This document shows positions 39,801 to 50,381 of a stretch of 64,000 nt of DNA, in pieces. Where the stretch lies: NCBI RefSeq assembly GCF_964355755.1, contig NC_092671.1, forward strand, positions 7,068,001-7,132,000. Reading direction: 5' to 3'. The translations under genes were made by a program, and so were the position numbers. Source of the stretch: Antedon mediterranea (Eukaryota > Animalia > Echinodermata). The notes under the pieces are model-generated. The model searched no databases and was not told the DNA's origin. It was given only the letters and a program-made list of their open reading frames with translations. Every line of letters starts with the position of its first letter. Position 1 is the stretch's first letter.

Positions 39801-42800
39801 GCGCTACGCACGTAATTGTATTGCCATATGATGATTTATGCCCTGAAATTTATGAGTACCAAATTTTATTTAATTGTGATTCATGGTTGTGAAGATATGA
39901 TTACAAACGTGATTTCGTTAAATCGTGCGTAGACCGCGTAATTTTTTATTGCGCACCGTGAAAACATAACCACATCGATTCCTGGCCATAAGGAATATAC
40001 TGTGAAAAATTGACTTAGCTAGATTAAACTGATATCAAGATAAGGTCAGAAAGCGATAAAACGCATAGTGATACCGGACCGACAGACAGACCGACAGACC
40101 GACCGACCGACCGACATAGTGAACTATAGAGTCGCTTCCATGCGACTAAAAAAAGAAGAAGAAAAGGACTAGGCCTAAGGCATACAAGGAAAGACCAAAC
40201 TTGATAATCCATTGAATGAATAGAGGCAGCAAAAGTATCTAAAAGTGCGATAATAAAGACATTTCAAACATCATTCTTTCAAATTATTATTAAACTGACA
40301 ACATCTGTACTACACCAATGTTCTCATTGATTTCGATGACGGGTTTTGGGTGTTATTTTCATACCACATGAACAATTACATACAGTTTAAAATGACAAGA
40401 ATTTATCAAAATATGTAATGAAATAATTCAACTTAAATAACAGTTAGATGAGTGTTCGTTGAATGTTAATCGTGGGCAACAAATCACTTCACACAACAAT
40501 ATATATACACTCTTGTTATTAATTTATTTTAGGTATTGAGAAATTTTAAACCGCCTAGTGATATACTGGAAACTAGTTACATCAATAGGAATAACTTTGA
40601 AACTTAAGAACTCAACACTTGTTGATGTAAATTGATTTATGTAAGGAAGGTTCCTTTTAAATAAACAAACATACTGCAAGTTGCAAGTTGTATTATTAAA
40701 AAAAACGAGTTGAGTTGGCAGGTTTAAAGAAAGTAGAAAATAGAGACTGAATTTATTATAGAAACATATGACGCTAACGACAACTATTAAAAACATTGAT
40801 GATTGTGAACACAACATTGTAAAGAATAACGAATGATACTATTATAGTAGTGTTAATTAATTGAAAATTATGATAATGACAATGAAATTAATGAAAAAAT
40901 ACATAAACATAGGCCTAAATATGTTTAAAAATAATAAATTAATAAAGCATTGTAATTGGGTGTCTATTTTTATATCTTATTTTGGTTTGTTTTCTACAAT
41001 AAAAGTACATGATAGTAGGTCTCTATATGCTATTCTTTCTATGTATCTTTTCTGGTTTGTTTGTAATAAATCTTTCATGAACAACTTAACATGTTTATTG
41101 CACATAGAACACTTACGTCAAGGGTCGCCAATGCGCACCACCCCCAGCTAGGCCAAATAACAATGTCACAACTTTAATGGAATGTAGCATCCATAGTTAT
41201 TCTATGATATTCAGGCCAATTAAAATAATTGTTCTTACGTCTTAATACGGGTATTTATGAGATTTTTACTGTGCATTATGGGAAATTGGAAAAGGATAAT
41301 AAAACTATTGCATGTAATATTATTATGAATAAAACCACTGTTGAGCATAATACCAAAGAAGCGAAGTAAAAACATGTTTCTCTGCGTGATATAAAGACGC
41401 GCTCTGCCATATTATTTGGAACTTTCATTTTAAGTCCCATTTTTTATACATGGACACATTTAACCATTTATATATTATTTTCGAATTGTGTATATTTTGT
41501 TCAGATCATCAACGTACGGTAGTAAAACTTTTAAGGACATCTTATTGTTTCAGGAGGGAAGTGAAACTAATAATTCACCTGGCTATACAATGATGAAAAC
41601 ATCAGACTTTGTATGATTATTATTGAATGTAATTGTAAATTAATAGTTGTCTGATTGCTTTCATTAGCAATTATACTTGAAGCATCTGGGGTTCAAGTAA
41701 TATGAATGTAGAAGGAGTGCATAAGCGGATCGAGAGTTGTGTTTCATAAATGTCTTCCAGTGATAATAAATTGGCTAACCACTTATAAAGTAATTATGTA
41801 GAGTATGGTTGAAAAGGGTATAGCTAATTCTCCGTGGAACTAACTCACCAGTCGGTCGCAGATGATTTGGTATAAATATATTGGTGGATGGATGATGATT
41901 CAAATAAATTTCAAAAAATGGACACCATTTTCTCGTGGGACATCGGCCACAGAGGTTACCGAAATTGAGATTATTTTTTTAGGGGTAATAACTAAAGGGT
42001 GATTAGTTTTTATTTCCAGGTGTTTTTGTTTTGATGGTGATTTGCACAACTAAACAGCACAAACAGCACAAGCGGCGAAGCCATATTTCTAACGAAATGG
42101 TGAAATCAATCTAATTGCATCGTTTCACTAAAGGCGGCTCATTTAAACATGGTCCATGAAGAATTTGGAGAACATGCCAAAAGGCCACTAGTGTCTAAGC
42201 ATAGAATCTTTTTCAATGACTCTCAGAATTACACACATAGTATCATCACATTAAACTATTGGCTTCATATCCGTTTAATGATTTTTGTAATATTAATTTC
42301 ACATTTATCACACCTCAGAGCCTATAGTGGCGCCATTAAGCGGCATTTCAAATGAAATCAAATTTCTATTTCGATGCTAATTTCCGCGAATTATCTTTAT
42401 TCTACTCTTGTGATTTGGGTTTTGAAAATGCTTAGATGGTACCAACAATTTAATTTAAAATAAAACAGGATAATGCCCAAACGAATGTTTTGGACAACTT
42501 ACATTTTATAATTTAAAAAAAAAGTAGATCATATTATTCAACCAAATTATATTATCTTTATAATTGGACAGTTCGAGTAGATCGAGACTTTTAGCCCAAA
42601 CATACAACGATTATTTCGTATTTCAAATCGATGTTAACATGCGTAATCTGGCTTTAATGGGGAACCTATATTAAAAGCATCAGGAAATTATATGTATGTA
42701 CCTTTAGATGACGATTTGGCTTCTTCCAGAGCGTCCCCTTTTATCTGTATTGTACCTGTATCCGATGCCTCGATAGGACTAGCTGGATGTTTTTCATTTT

Positions 42801-43410
42801 TATCACCTGGTTCAAACACTTGATAAATTGCGACCTCTATATCATTGTCTTCGAACGCCGTTTTAAAAGCATCTGCTGTGAGTGACCAGACATGTTGCGA
42901 TGAAAAGAATATTCCTACTCTTGTAAACTTAAAATTCTGCATAATTTCCACAAAGAATGGCGACATTCTTTCATTTGGAGCAGTTGATCTGGCAAAGTTA
43001 GGGTACTGCTCTTTATCAGAAAGTGCGCTGCTTGAACAAGCCCATGATATCATTGGAATCTGCCAGTGTTTTGCGAGGTAACCGCCTGGTTCGCAGACGA
43101 CACTACAACCTGGTCCAATAAATGCGTCAACAGCAAACTGCTCATACATATCCAAGATGCTAGCTAGTCCTTTTGAGGTATCACAATCGGTATCATTCCA
43201 TATGAAAGTAAACGTATGGCCACCTCTATGAATTGCAGTTAAAGTTAAATCATTGTTGACCTTCTCTACAGCCACGGACATGGCTCCTCCAGAGCGCTTC
43301 CCGACAGGCCAAAATCCATCCCATGGAACCAAAAATCCAAGACGAAATATTTTACCTGAGCATGTTGAAAATACAAATAAGAAACTCAATAAAACTGTCA
43401 CAGGAATCAT
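15884..43410 (-). CDS. Receptor-type (membrane) guanylyl cyclase, natriuretic peptide receptor-like, ~1054 aa, 21 exons
   Basis: Exons in 5'->3' order on minus: 43410-42702, 36575-36393, 35311-35193, 34994-34859, 34322-34214, 33476-33358, 32962-32884, 32639-32504, 31535-31371, 31098-30994, 30270-30199, 29644-29488, 28702-28553, 28381-28204, 28040-27900, 26368-26245, 25468-25400, 24803-24626, 19281-19183, 16327-16236, 15928-15884. All are GT-AG and phase-compatible, 3165 nt in total. Signal peptide; ANF-receptor domain ([18 protein letters not shown]); [16 protein letters not shown]; TM ([24 protein letters not shown]); kinase-homology domain ([28 protein letters not shown]); coiled-coil hinge; cyclase ([48 protein letters not shown]). 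Confidence 0.95.
16836..17757. repeat. Minisatellite, 33-34-bp unit, about 27 copies, in guanylyl cyclase intron 19
   Basis: The unit is GAGAGAAATCAGTAATGTTTTCAG(G/A)GGTTTTGGG. A 33-bp variant (...CAGGATTTTGAG) is confined to the right half. Confidence 0.97.
18550..18645 (-). mobile_element. 3' tail of a SINE/LINE relic ending in (ATT)n
   Basis: The minus strand reads GGGGTAATAATTATGTACAGCACTTAGAG...GGCTTTATACAT...TATTATTATTATT, resembling L2-type 3' tails followed by a microsatellite. Confidence 0.4.
18833..18873 (-). ncRNA. Degenerate minimal type-I hammerhead ribozyme motif (Penelope/retrozyme-like relic)
   Basis: Minus strand: TTGCA-CTGATAA-A-GGGC tagtgtt GCCC-GAAA-GC-TC-TGC. It shows the CUGA core, a 4-bp stem II, GAAA, a loopless palindromic stem III (AGCU) and a short stem I. 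Core G8 is A. Confidence 0.5.
19439..20127. mobile_element. Palindromic MITE (GGCCCATTTACAC termini, PIF/Harbinger-like), long copy
   Basis: AAGGCCCATTTACACTAGGGCGATAACGATC... / ...GATCGTTATCGCCCCAGTGTAAATGGGCCTT, with ~170-bp inverted arms and TA/TWA flanks. A second, shorter copy lies at 27425-27826. Confidence 0.85.
21296..24327 (-). mobile_element. Head-to-tail dimer of a non-autonomous Helitron2/Helentron-like element (21296-22893 and 22894-24327)
   Basis: Two diverged ~1.5-kb direct copies. On the minus strand each starts TTAGGTGATCATTT with a 5' hairpin and carries the asymmetric inverted partner AAATGATCACCTA near its 3' end. This is followed by a 10-bp-stem hairpin (TAATTCGTCA aag TGACGAATTA) and the terminus CTAG. 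No TSD. Confidence 0.85.
25127..25302. repeat. Minisatellite, 25-bp unit x7, in guanylyl cyclase intron 17
   Basis: The unit is TAATATGCAAATGAAGATCGTGGCA. ATGCAAAT occurs at 25130, 25155, 25180, 25205, 25230, 25255 and 25280. Confidence 0.97.
27425..27826. mobile_element. Palindromic MITE, short copy of the 19439-20127 family
   Basis: AAGGCCCATTCACACTAGGACGATAACGATCGACGAT ... ATCGTCGATCGTTATCGTCCTAGTGTGAATGGGCTT. It lacks the ~290-bp internal segment of the long copy. Confidence 0.85.
29729..29896. mobile_element. MITE family with AGCTTGGTTCCCACTAG TIRs (Harbinger-like)
   Basis: TIRs AAGCTTGGTTCCCACTAG / CTAGTGGGAAACACGCTT with an internal CGCAA subrepeat. Other copies or fragments lie at 30419-30599, 30651-30782, 33192-33338, 36040-36241, 44629-44813, 46908-47056 and 15125-15200. 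Confidence 0.85.
30419..30599. mobile_element. MITE, AGCTTGGTTCCCACTAG family
   Basis: Full-length copy with both TIRs, closely similar to 29729-29896 and, inverted, to 44629-44813. Confidence 0.85.
31776..31945 (-). mobile_element. Degraded tRNA-derived SINE (Meta-domain-like)
   Basis: The minus strand has a B-box-like GGTTCGAG, then TCCTTAGGCAAGA, then CGTCCTTCGGATGGGATGTAAAGCCGTTGGTCCCGTGT...GCACATTAAAGAAC. This resembles the MetaSINE central domain as I recall it. Confidence 0.55.
38760..39430. repeat. Purine-rich (A/G) low-complexity tract with degenerate GAATTAGAA motifs
   Basis: Strong strand asymmetry with very few C on the + strand. It explains the spurious Phe/Ser/Leu-rich minus-strand ORFs. 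Confidence 0.7.
39432..40152. mobile_element. HINE/DINE-1-like (Helentron-type) non-autonomous element with (GACC/GACA)n microsatellite
   Basis: Starts AACAAGGCCATATAGATAGCTGCAGTCGCG and ends CATAGTGAACTATAGAGTCGCttccatGCGACTAAAAA (terminal hairpin). Shorter relatives lie at 44141-44214, 46064-46169 and 46772-46886. Confidence 0.7.
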
Positions 43411-44470
43411 GTCTTTTTTCCCCTCAATTTTTAAACAAACTGCAGATCGATTTTATCCAGTAGATGATGTCCTGTAGTGCTTTTGATTACGCAGATGATG
43501 ATAAACAATATAACTATATAGTTGAAAATACCGGACAACATACTGTAAAGTCGCACGCGTTATCAGTGCGATCATATCACTCACAATGAATGGTACAATT
43601 TAATCTAATGAACAACAGAAATGGATCATCTTGGTAAACACTATTTATCCGAACACCTTACACAGGTAATCAATTAGTAGGAGCGAGAAAACTATAGTGG
43701 AGTAGTTTTCCGTGTATACAGAGGTTTCAAATAACGTTGAATATTTAAATTATTATCTAAATGAGGCTGCATACCGGATATAGAAAGTCTACAAGGAAAA
43801 AATCGAAGTAGGCCGTGCAAATAAAATTACGCACGTTCAGTTTTACAACACAGTAATAAATCATAACTATGTCTCGTCTGCTAATGTTTGCCGTAGGCTT
43901 GTAGCTCGGATAGTAAAACAATCAATCCAGTATTATATAACAAGCAATAAAATATTTGAAAGGTTAAAATCAATTAATAAAAGATAATTACTAACACCAG
44001 TTGTAGTGTGAACAATTGAGTTTTGTGAATAAATAAACGTACTGTGGACTGCCTAGTTACGGTCAATGTATAGATGGCGCTAACCTACAGTATAAGAAAC
44101 GTCTCCAAAACGGTTAATGAAATGACAAACCACAGTTTCACTATGTCGGTCGGTCGGTCTGTCGGTCCGGTATCACTATGCGTTTTAGCACGCGACTTAT
44201 GGCTGTTGGCCTTCTTTGAATTCGAAGTTCGACAGTGGTTCTTGGCGCCCGCTATTCTTATTTCCCAGGTCTAGCCAAACAGATTTATTTACGAAGATTT
44301 TTTCCCGTATCATTTATATACAACAAGGATTTGTTAAATAAATTAGGACAAATGAATAACAAAATCATCAATAAATAGGTTAATGTCCCCATGTATATTG
44401 TGGGCACAAGATATATGTTTACCAGCAAAATTTCCCCAGGTTCAGATTTACAGAGGCAGACAGTAGGTTA

Positions 44471-44851
44471 AAGGTCAATTTACACAGAAGCGGTAACGGT
44501 AAACGGTAACTGGAAAACAGAAATGTAGAAACATGATATTACTTTACACATTTACACAAAACGCGGAGCGGACGGGTGAGCTCAGGATATATATTCTACG
44601 TGGGACACTGCACGCGGTTTTCCGCTTAAGCGTGGTTCCCACTAGCGCCGCAACGCAAGGACGTAACGCAACGCAAGTGAATTGACCAATCACAAGCGAT
44701 GGCTTATTCGCTTGTGATTGCTAACTGTCTATAACTTCGGTTGTCATTGGTTAAAACGCTTGCAAATAACGCTTGTTTACGTCCTTGCGTTACGTTCTAG
44801 TGGGAACCACGCTTTACCGTTACCGCACGTACGTCTGTGTAAATTGGCCTT
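44471..44851. mobile_element. Nested MITEs: AAGG(T/C)CAATTTACACAGA element interrupted by an AGCGTGGTTCCCACTAG element
   Basis: Outer TIRs are AAGGTCAATTTACACAGA / TCTGTGTAAATTGGCCTT. The inner element (44629-44813) is flanked by a TTA direct repeat. Confidence 0.85.
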
Positions 44852-46063
44852 TGGGCTCCGGTAACACTTTTGCTTTTTTATGAAATATAAATCTGTGCAA
44901 GAACATAGTGAAATAACTAGTAAAAAAAGTGGCGATACAGTATTTTTTCCTAATGTTAAAATATAGGAAATTCATGAAAATTTATAAATTGATGTCAATT
45001 TAGGACATTTTTAAAAAGTAAATTTTAGTTACCAACGCACTATTTTATACTCCAAATAGTTATCTGGTTATCAATTGCAAGTCATTGGATATCAGTAAAA
45101 TTCACCTAACTTAATATAAAACATTTTCAAAGGGGAACTTATTTCACGACGCTCGTTCTGCTTCACCGCTGTATAATTGTGGTTATTATCAATGTCCCGG
45201 AGCTATCCTTTAACAATAGAGCCCATCCCCAATTTTATACAGCAGACCTAGATAAAAAGATAAGACTGATTCAGCCAACAATTGAGCGACAAAGCCGGGT
45301 TAAACTTTCAACCTGTACACACACTTACTATACCATTTTGTCTGCGTTGACAATAACACATTTTGTTATTATTCCACATAACAATAAAAGTGTAATGACA
45401 TGGATTACAGCCTCATGGGAAATTTAAGTTCAATAACAAGTTTCGATAGAAATTTAGCGTTTCAATGAAATGCTTGTGTGGGAGAGAGAGTGCTGACGTG
45501 TTTGCAAAACCGCCATAATAATCTTTGTTGTTGTTGATTAGTATTACCTTTATCTATATGCTTGTCTATTTAAAAATACTAACATGTTATTATCCATTCA
45601 ACACTAGAACAGATATAACAATAATCATATTATTCATAACTGGAAGAACGGAAGGGATCACAATCCATGATTAGTTTTATAATATATTAAGATCTGCTAA
45701 CACAGCCTACGCAAATATTGAGGATTTTAATTGTAGTGGGCCTACGAAAGTTGATAAAACTATCTGCGCGCCCCTGGATTTATACTCCCATCATTTAAAA
45801 AAATTATATTTCGGCATGTAAACAATTAGAGTTGAATTACAACAACAAATTTAATAATGTTGAACATAACTATACTGTTATAGCTGTGCTGCAATCTGTG
45901 TTTCAAACATGTTTAATGTTATACAACAAGTTCATCATTACAACTGCTGCTGAGCTACGACGACCGAAAAGTCCATTAACCGAAATGTGAAATAAAGTAA
46001 ACAAAGATCTAACAAAAAATAATGTTCTCTAAATATGTATACAAAAATATGACACACGCAAAA

Positions 46064-46169
46064 GTACGTGCAACGCGACTCTACAGCTCACCATGTCGGT
46101 CGGTTGGTCGGTTGGTAAACACTAACTCAAATTTGAGCACGCGACTGTAGCCATGTATATGGCCTTGTT
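46064..46169 (-). mobile_element. Short HINE-like repeat, inverted partner of 46772-46886
   Basis: The reverse complement matches AACAAGGCCATATA..TGGCT.CAGTCGCGTGCTCAA...TAGTGTTTACC.ACCGACC...GAG.TGTAGAGTCGCGTTGCACGTAC. Confidence 0.8.
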
Positions 46170-46246
46170 AGAAAATAGAATCATTCAACCATGTAGGTTG
46201 TGAATAGAAAAAAAAATAATTCTCGAAAAATTCAGTTGCAGTTTTA

Positions 46247-49200
46247 ATGATCAAGATGAAAGTCCATATATTGTGTCGTTTACTGCTTGCCGTAGTTGGA
46301 GTTATGGGTTTATATGACGAATACCCACAAGTTACAACTACGAATGGTGATATTTTTGGTGAAAGAATATATTATTCTGAAGATAAATATTTAAACTACA
46401 GCGGCTATTTCAACCACTTTAAAGGTATTCCTTATGCTAAGCCTCCAGTTGGTGACCTTCGTTTTCGTCCTCCTGAACCAGCAGAACCATGGTCAGAATC
46501 AACCTACAATGCAACTTACTACAGAAATGCATGTACTCAACGAATAGGGGTGGGTAATGAAGAATCACTAGCTGAAGATTGTTTGTACCTCAATGTACTG
46601 GTACCAGAGAATGTAAGTTTATCAATTGTTCTGAGAATCCAATATAATTTAACTGTAAATTACACTGTTAAGTTAATACTTAGTCTTAGTAAATCATGTA
46701 TTTCTCTATGGTAAATATAGTACGGTATGCACGCTTTCCCCTTATCTCAAGAAAAATAGAAATAAAAAGAGAACAAGGCCATATAAATGGCTGCAGTCGC
46801 GTGCTCAAGTTAGTGTTTACCGACCGACCGACCAACCGACCGACATAGTGAGTTGTAGAGTCGCGTTGCACGTACGCGACCAAAAAAGAGAATGTTTGAT
46901 AGTGCTAATGCTTGGTTCCCACTTCTTGAACGCAACGTAATTACGTAAGCGCGCATAATCACGACGCAATGAATCATTCGAACTGTCGCTTGTGATTTGT
47001 AAAGTCACTTGCGTTATAACCTACGTAGTTGTTGCGTCTAAGAGAACCAAAGCTTAAGAATCTTCGGAAATCTCAATGGTCGTAGAAAAAAAATGATTAT
47101 ACTGCTAGGCCTATTCTGTATATAATTGAGATGTTCAAAAAGGGTAGACCAAAGACATACAAACAATGTCTGATTCATGTTTTGTGTGTGTTTAAAGCTA
47201 ACTGATGCCGCAACAGTCTTGGTTTGGATTCATGGTGGGCAATATAGGTTTGGAACCGGCTCTGATCTTAGGTACTATGGCGTTCCATTAGTAGCAGCGG
47301 CTGGAGGTGACGTCGTCTACGTCACAATGAACTACAGATTAGGTGTTATGGGATTCCAAACTACGGGTATGTATACCATCATAATATGATTCATATCAGG
47401 TAAATTACTCAGACACAACCCAAATCCACTTGTCTATTAGACAAGACCTATATCAATGAGTCGTTGCGAATAGTAATTGTTGATCCTGTTTAAATTATTA
47501 ACATTTTCCAAATAAATAATGTGGAGCTTTAGAGTGTAGGATTTATATTCAAATATACTTCATATTTCTATGCTATAAAGGGGATGATGTGTCTCCAGGT
47601 AACTACGGCCTAATGGACCAACGCATGGCACTGGAATGGATTCAAGAAAATATCAAAGGTATAATATTTATTCGGCAAGTTTAAAATGTACATAACAATT
47701 TTTTCCAACAAAATCGCATTGTAACGGTAAATATTATTATGATTTTAACAACTTTGGAAAAATAAATCCCTGATTTGAAGGCAGCTTAATAGACAATGTA
47801 TACCATAAACAACAACGTCAAAATTATATCGCAATACTTGAGAGTATATTGTTGTGAACACAATGATACAAAAAGTAAAACGCGAAAGAGCGTAACAAGG
47901 TCAAGGACGTCTATGCAAAACTTTAGAAAACCATTATACAGTATGAATTGTCGCATTGAGTAAGATAGAATGGGATGACATTAGTAGACATAATACATAA
48001 TCCGTATTTATTTTCTAAATTCAACACCCACGAGACAACTGTCTTGTTATGAAATACATGCAAACAATCGCCTGGATCTAGAATCCACGAAAAAGGGGTG
48101 CCAAGGAATAAGTGAAGTGAGAATGCACCATGTCCCCGCATGTACAAAATGAATTAAAATGACATAGGCTGTAGGTCCTAGGTTGAGGTAGAGCATCCTA
48201 ATATTTTATCTTACAGCTTTTGGTGGTGACCCTGAGAAAGTAACAATCTTTGGTCTAAGCTCAGGATCAAGCAGTATAACCGCGCAGATATTGAACTCTC
48301 CAGAATCAGATCTCTTTCAAAGAGTAATACTACAGGTAGGCACATGTGGATGATTTTCGTATAAAGTAACTCGCGTAGTAGAATTGTAAAAAACAGTTGA
48401 CCATACTGTAATACATATGCCACACTACCCGAATCGTACTCACATTTAGAGTTTAAAAGATCCATATATCTAGTTGTGCTTCAAACATAAAAAAACATTC
48501 TCCCTGATGACACCTGACATCACATAACATGCACAGCTTTTTTTTGTAAAATCGAAAATGTACATTAGTAGGCATAATGAAGGATTTAAATAACACACAC
48601 GAAATGTTTTGAACGTTTGATCAACATTTTTCATAGAGTGGTTCAGTTTTTGACTCGTCCACACTGATAGAACTCAACATATCACGTGCTATTGACGTTA
48701 ATAAACAAGTAGCTTCCATATTAGGATGTGAGACCGAGTCGTCAACATTGATGGTTGCTTGTATGCGCAGTGCCAGTGTAAACGATATACTAGAAGCAGA
48801 ATATGAGGTGAGCTTTTAGTACAAGGGTAACTACTAGAATATTTCACTGGTGACGTAATTAGATTATGTAAAAACGCACTGACAGTGACATCTAGACGCA
48901 CTTCAACTACATGGTAAAACCCGTTTTCGTATATTCTGCTCTCTTCTGATAGAATCATCTTTTAATTGAGATTTGAAGGGAGTTTTAAGCTCTATCTACA
49001 CTATTAAACTAGAACAAAAATTGTGATGTGCCCAAATATGGTAGTGATAATATGTCATAAATGGGCATATCAATTGTTTTCTGTCACATAAATGTTGATA
49101 GTGTAGAGCATTATACAGTATGTAATATTTTATTTATTTTTAAAGGTTGAGGAACGTTATGCATCCCCTCGGTCAAGCACTATTCTATTTTATCCAGTAA

Positions 49201-50381
49201 TTGACGGGAAGTTTATTCCTGACACACCGGATAATCTCATAAAAAGAGGAGATTTTAAGAAAGTTGACGTGATTCTTGGCGTCAATGAGGATGAAGCTGG
49301 TACATGGTTGTCTCGAGTCTTTGAAGCAGAAACACTATCTATGGAAGAACCGCCACTTTTGAATAAAACTTATTTCACTGATCTATTGAAATATGTCTAT
49401 GGAAATGGAAACATGCTTTATATAGATTCAATTAAACAGGAATACACAGATTGGGAGTATGCGGATGACCCATACTATAATTACATTGACTCTTGGGTAA
49501 GAGTCAATTCCGATGCGTTGTATCATTGTCCAATTGATGTTACAGCTCGGGTGTTTGCTGAAGCTGGACAAAGTGTCTTCCGATATGTAAATACCCATAT
49601 CCCGTCAATATATGTAGGACACAGAATGCCTGCTCCAGAATGGCACGGTGTAACACATTTCCAAGAGGCAGCTTTTGTTTTTGGATTTCATTTTAATTCA
49701 CTAATTGATTTCAACAATACAGAGGAAGAAAGAATAATGTCGGTGAAGGTAATGCGCTACTGGACAAACTTTGCAAAAACAGGGTAATAATTTAATTTCA
49801 TCAGTTTAACCGAAACATCCATAATATTTAGGAGAAAATAAATTAAACATTAATTGATTTATTTTTGTAGTAATCCAAATACGGCAGAACCAAACGTGAC
49901 AAACGTAGCAGAACCATGGCCTCTGTTTACCGTTCCAGGCTTGGAATACAAAGAGTTGTCACCAGAAATGGAGAACAATCGAGCCTATGATGCAAGGGAA
50001 TGCTCCTTCTGGGCCAATTACGTGCCAAAGCTGTTATTTTATACAGGTAATTAATCAAAAGGCACATAGGGCCTACTTGTTTCGCCATTTTCCGCCATGT
50101 AGCAAACGATAGCTATAGGTACAAACACATCTGCCAACTCGGTATGTACACTTAAAGTTCGCAGAATTACATCTAACATCTTGATCTAATAATGATTTTA
50201 TCATTTCACATATCCATATAAAGCAATTACGTGAGTGATAAGGCCTCATATTTTATTTGCAGAGGATCTTTCAGAATTGGAAGAGGACTGGCGAAACAGT
50301 TATTATGACTGGAAGGACGAGTTGGACGAATGGCAGACAGTCTTTGATGAATACAAAGCCGCGACCGAACCATGTAATTAG
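46247..50381 (+). CDS. Secreted carboxyl/cholinesterase-family (type-B carboxylesterase) protein 1 with C-terminal WAT peptide, ~611 aa, 8 exons
   Basis: Exons are 46247-46612, 47198-47366, 47581-47658, 48217-48335, 48637-48807, 49146-49783, 49871-50046 and 50263-50381 (1836 nt, phases consistent). Motifs include a signal peptide, [54 protein letters not shown] (Ser), GVNEDE (Glu), GVTHFQE (His) and YWTNFAKTG. The start could be the second Met at 46256. Confidence 0.95.
46772..46886 (+). mobile_element. Short HINE-like repeat in esterase 1 intron 1
   Basis: It has the same termini as 39432-40152 with the internal part absent, and a (GACC)n core. Confidence 0.8.

Noticed and set aside
42845-43477. 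Plus-strand ORFs overlapping cyclase exon 1
   Set aside because: They are antisense shadows of the real coding exon.
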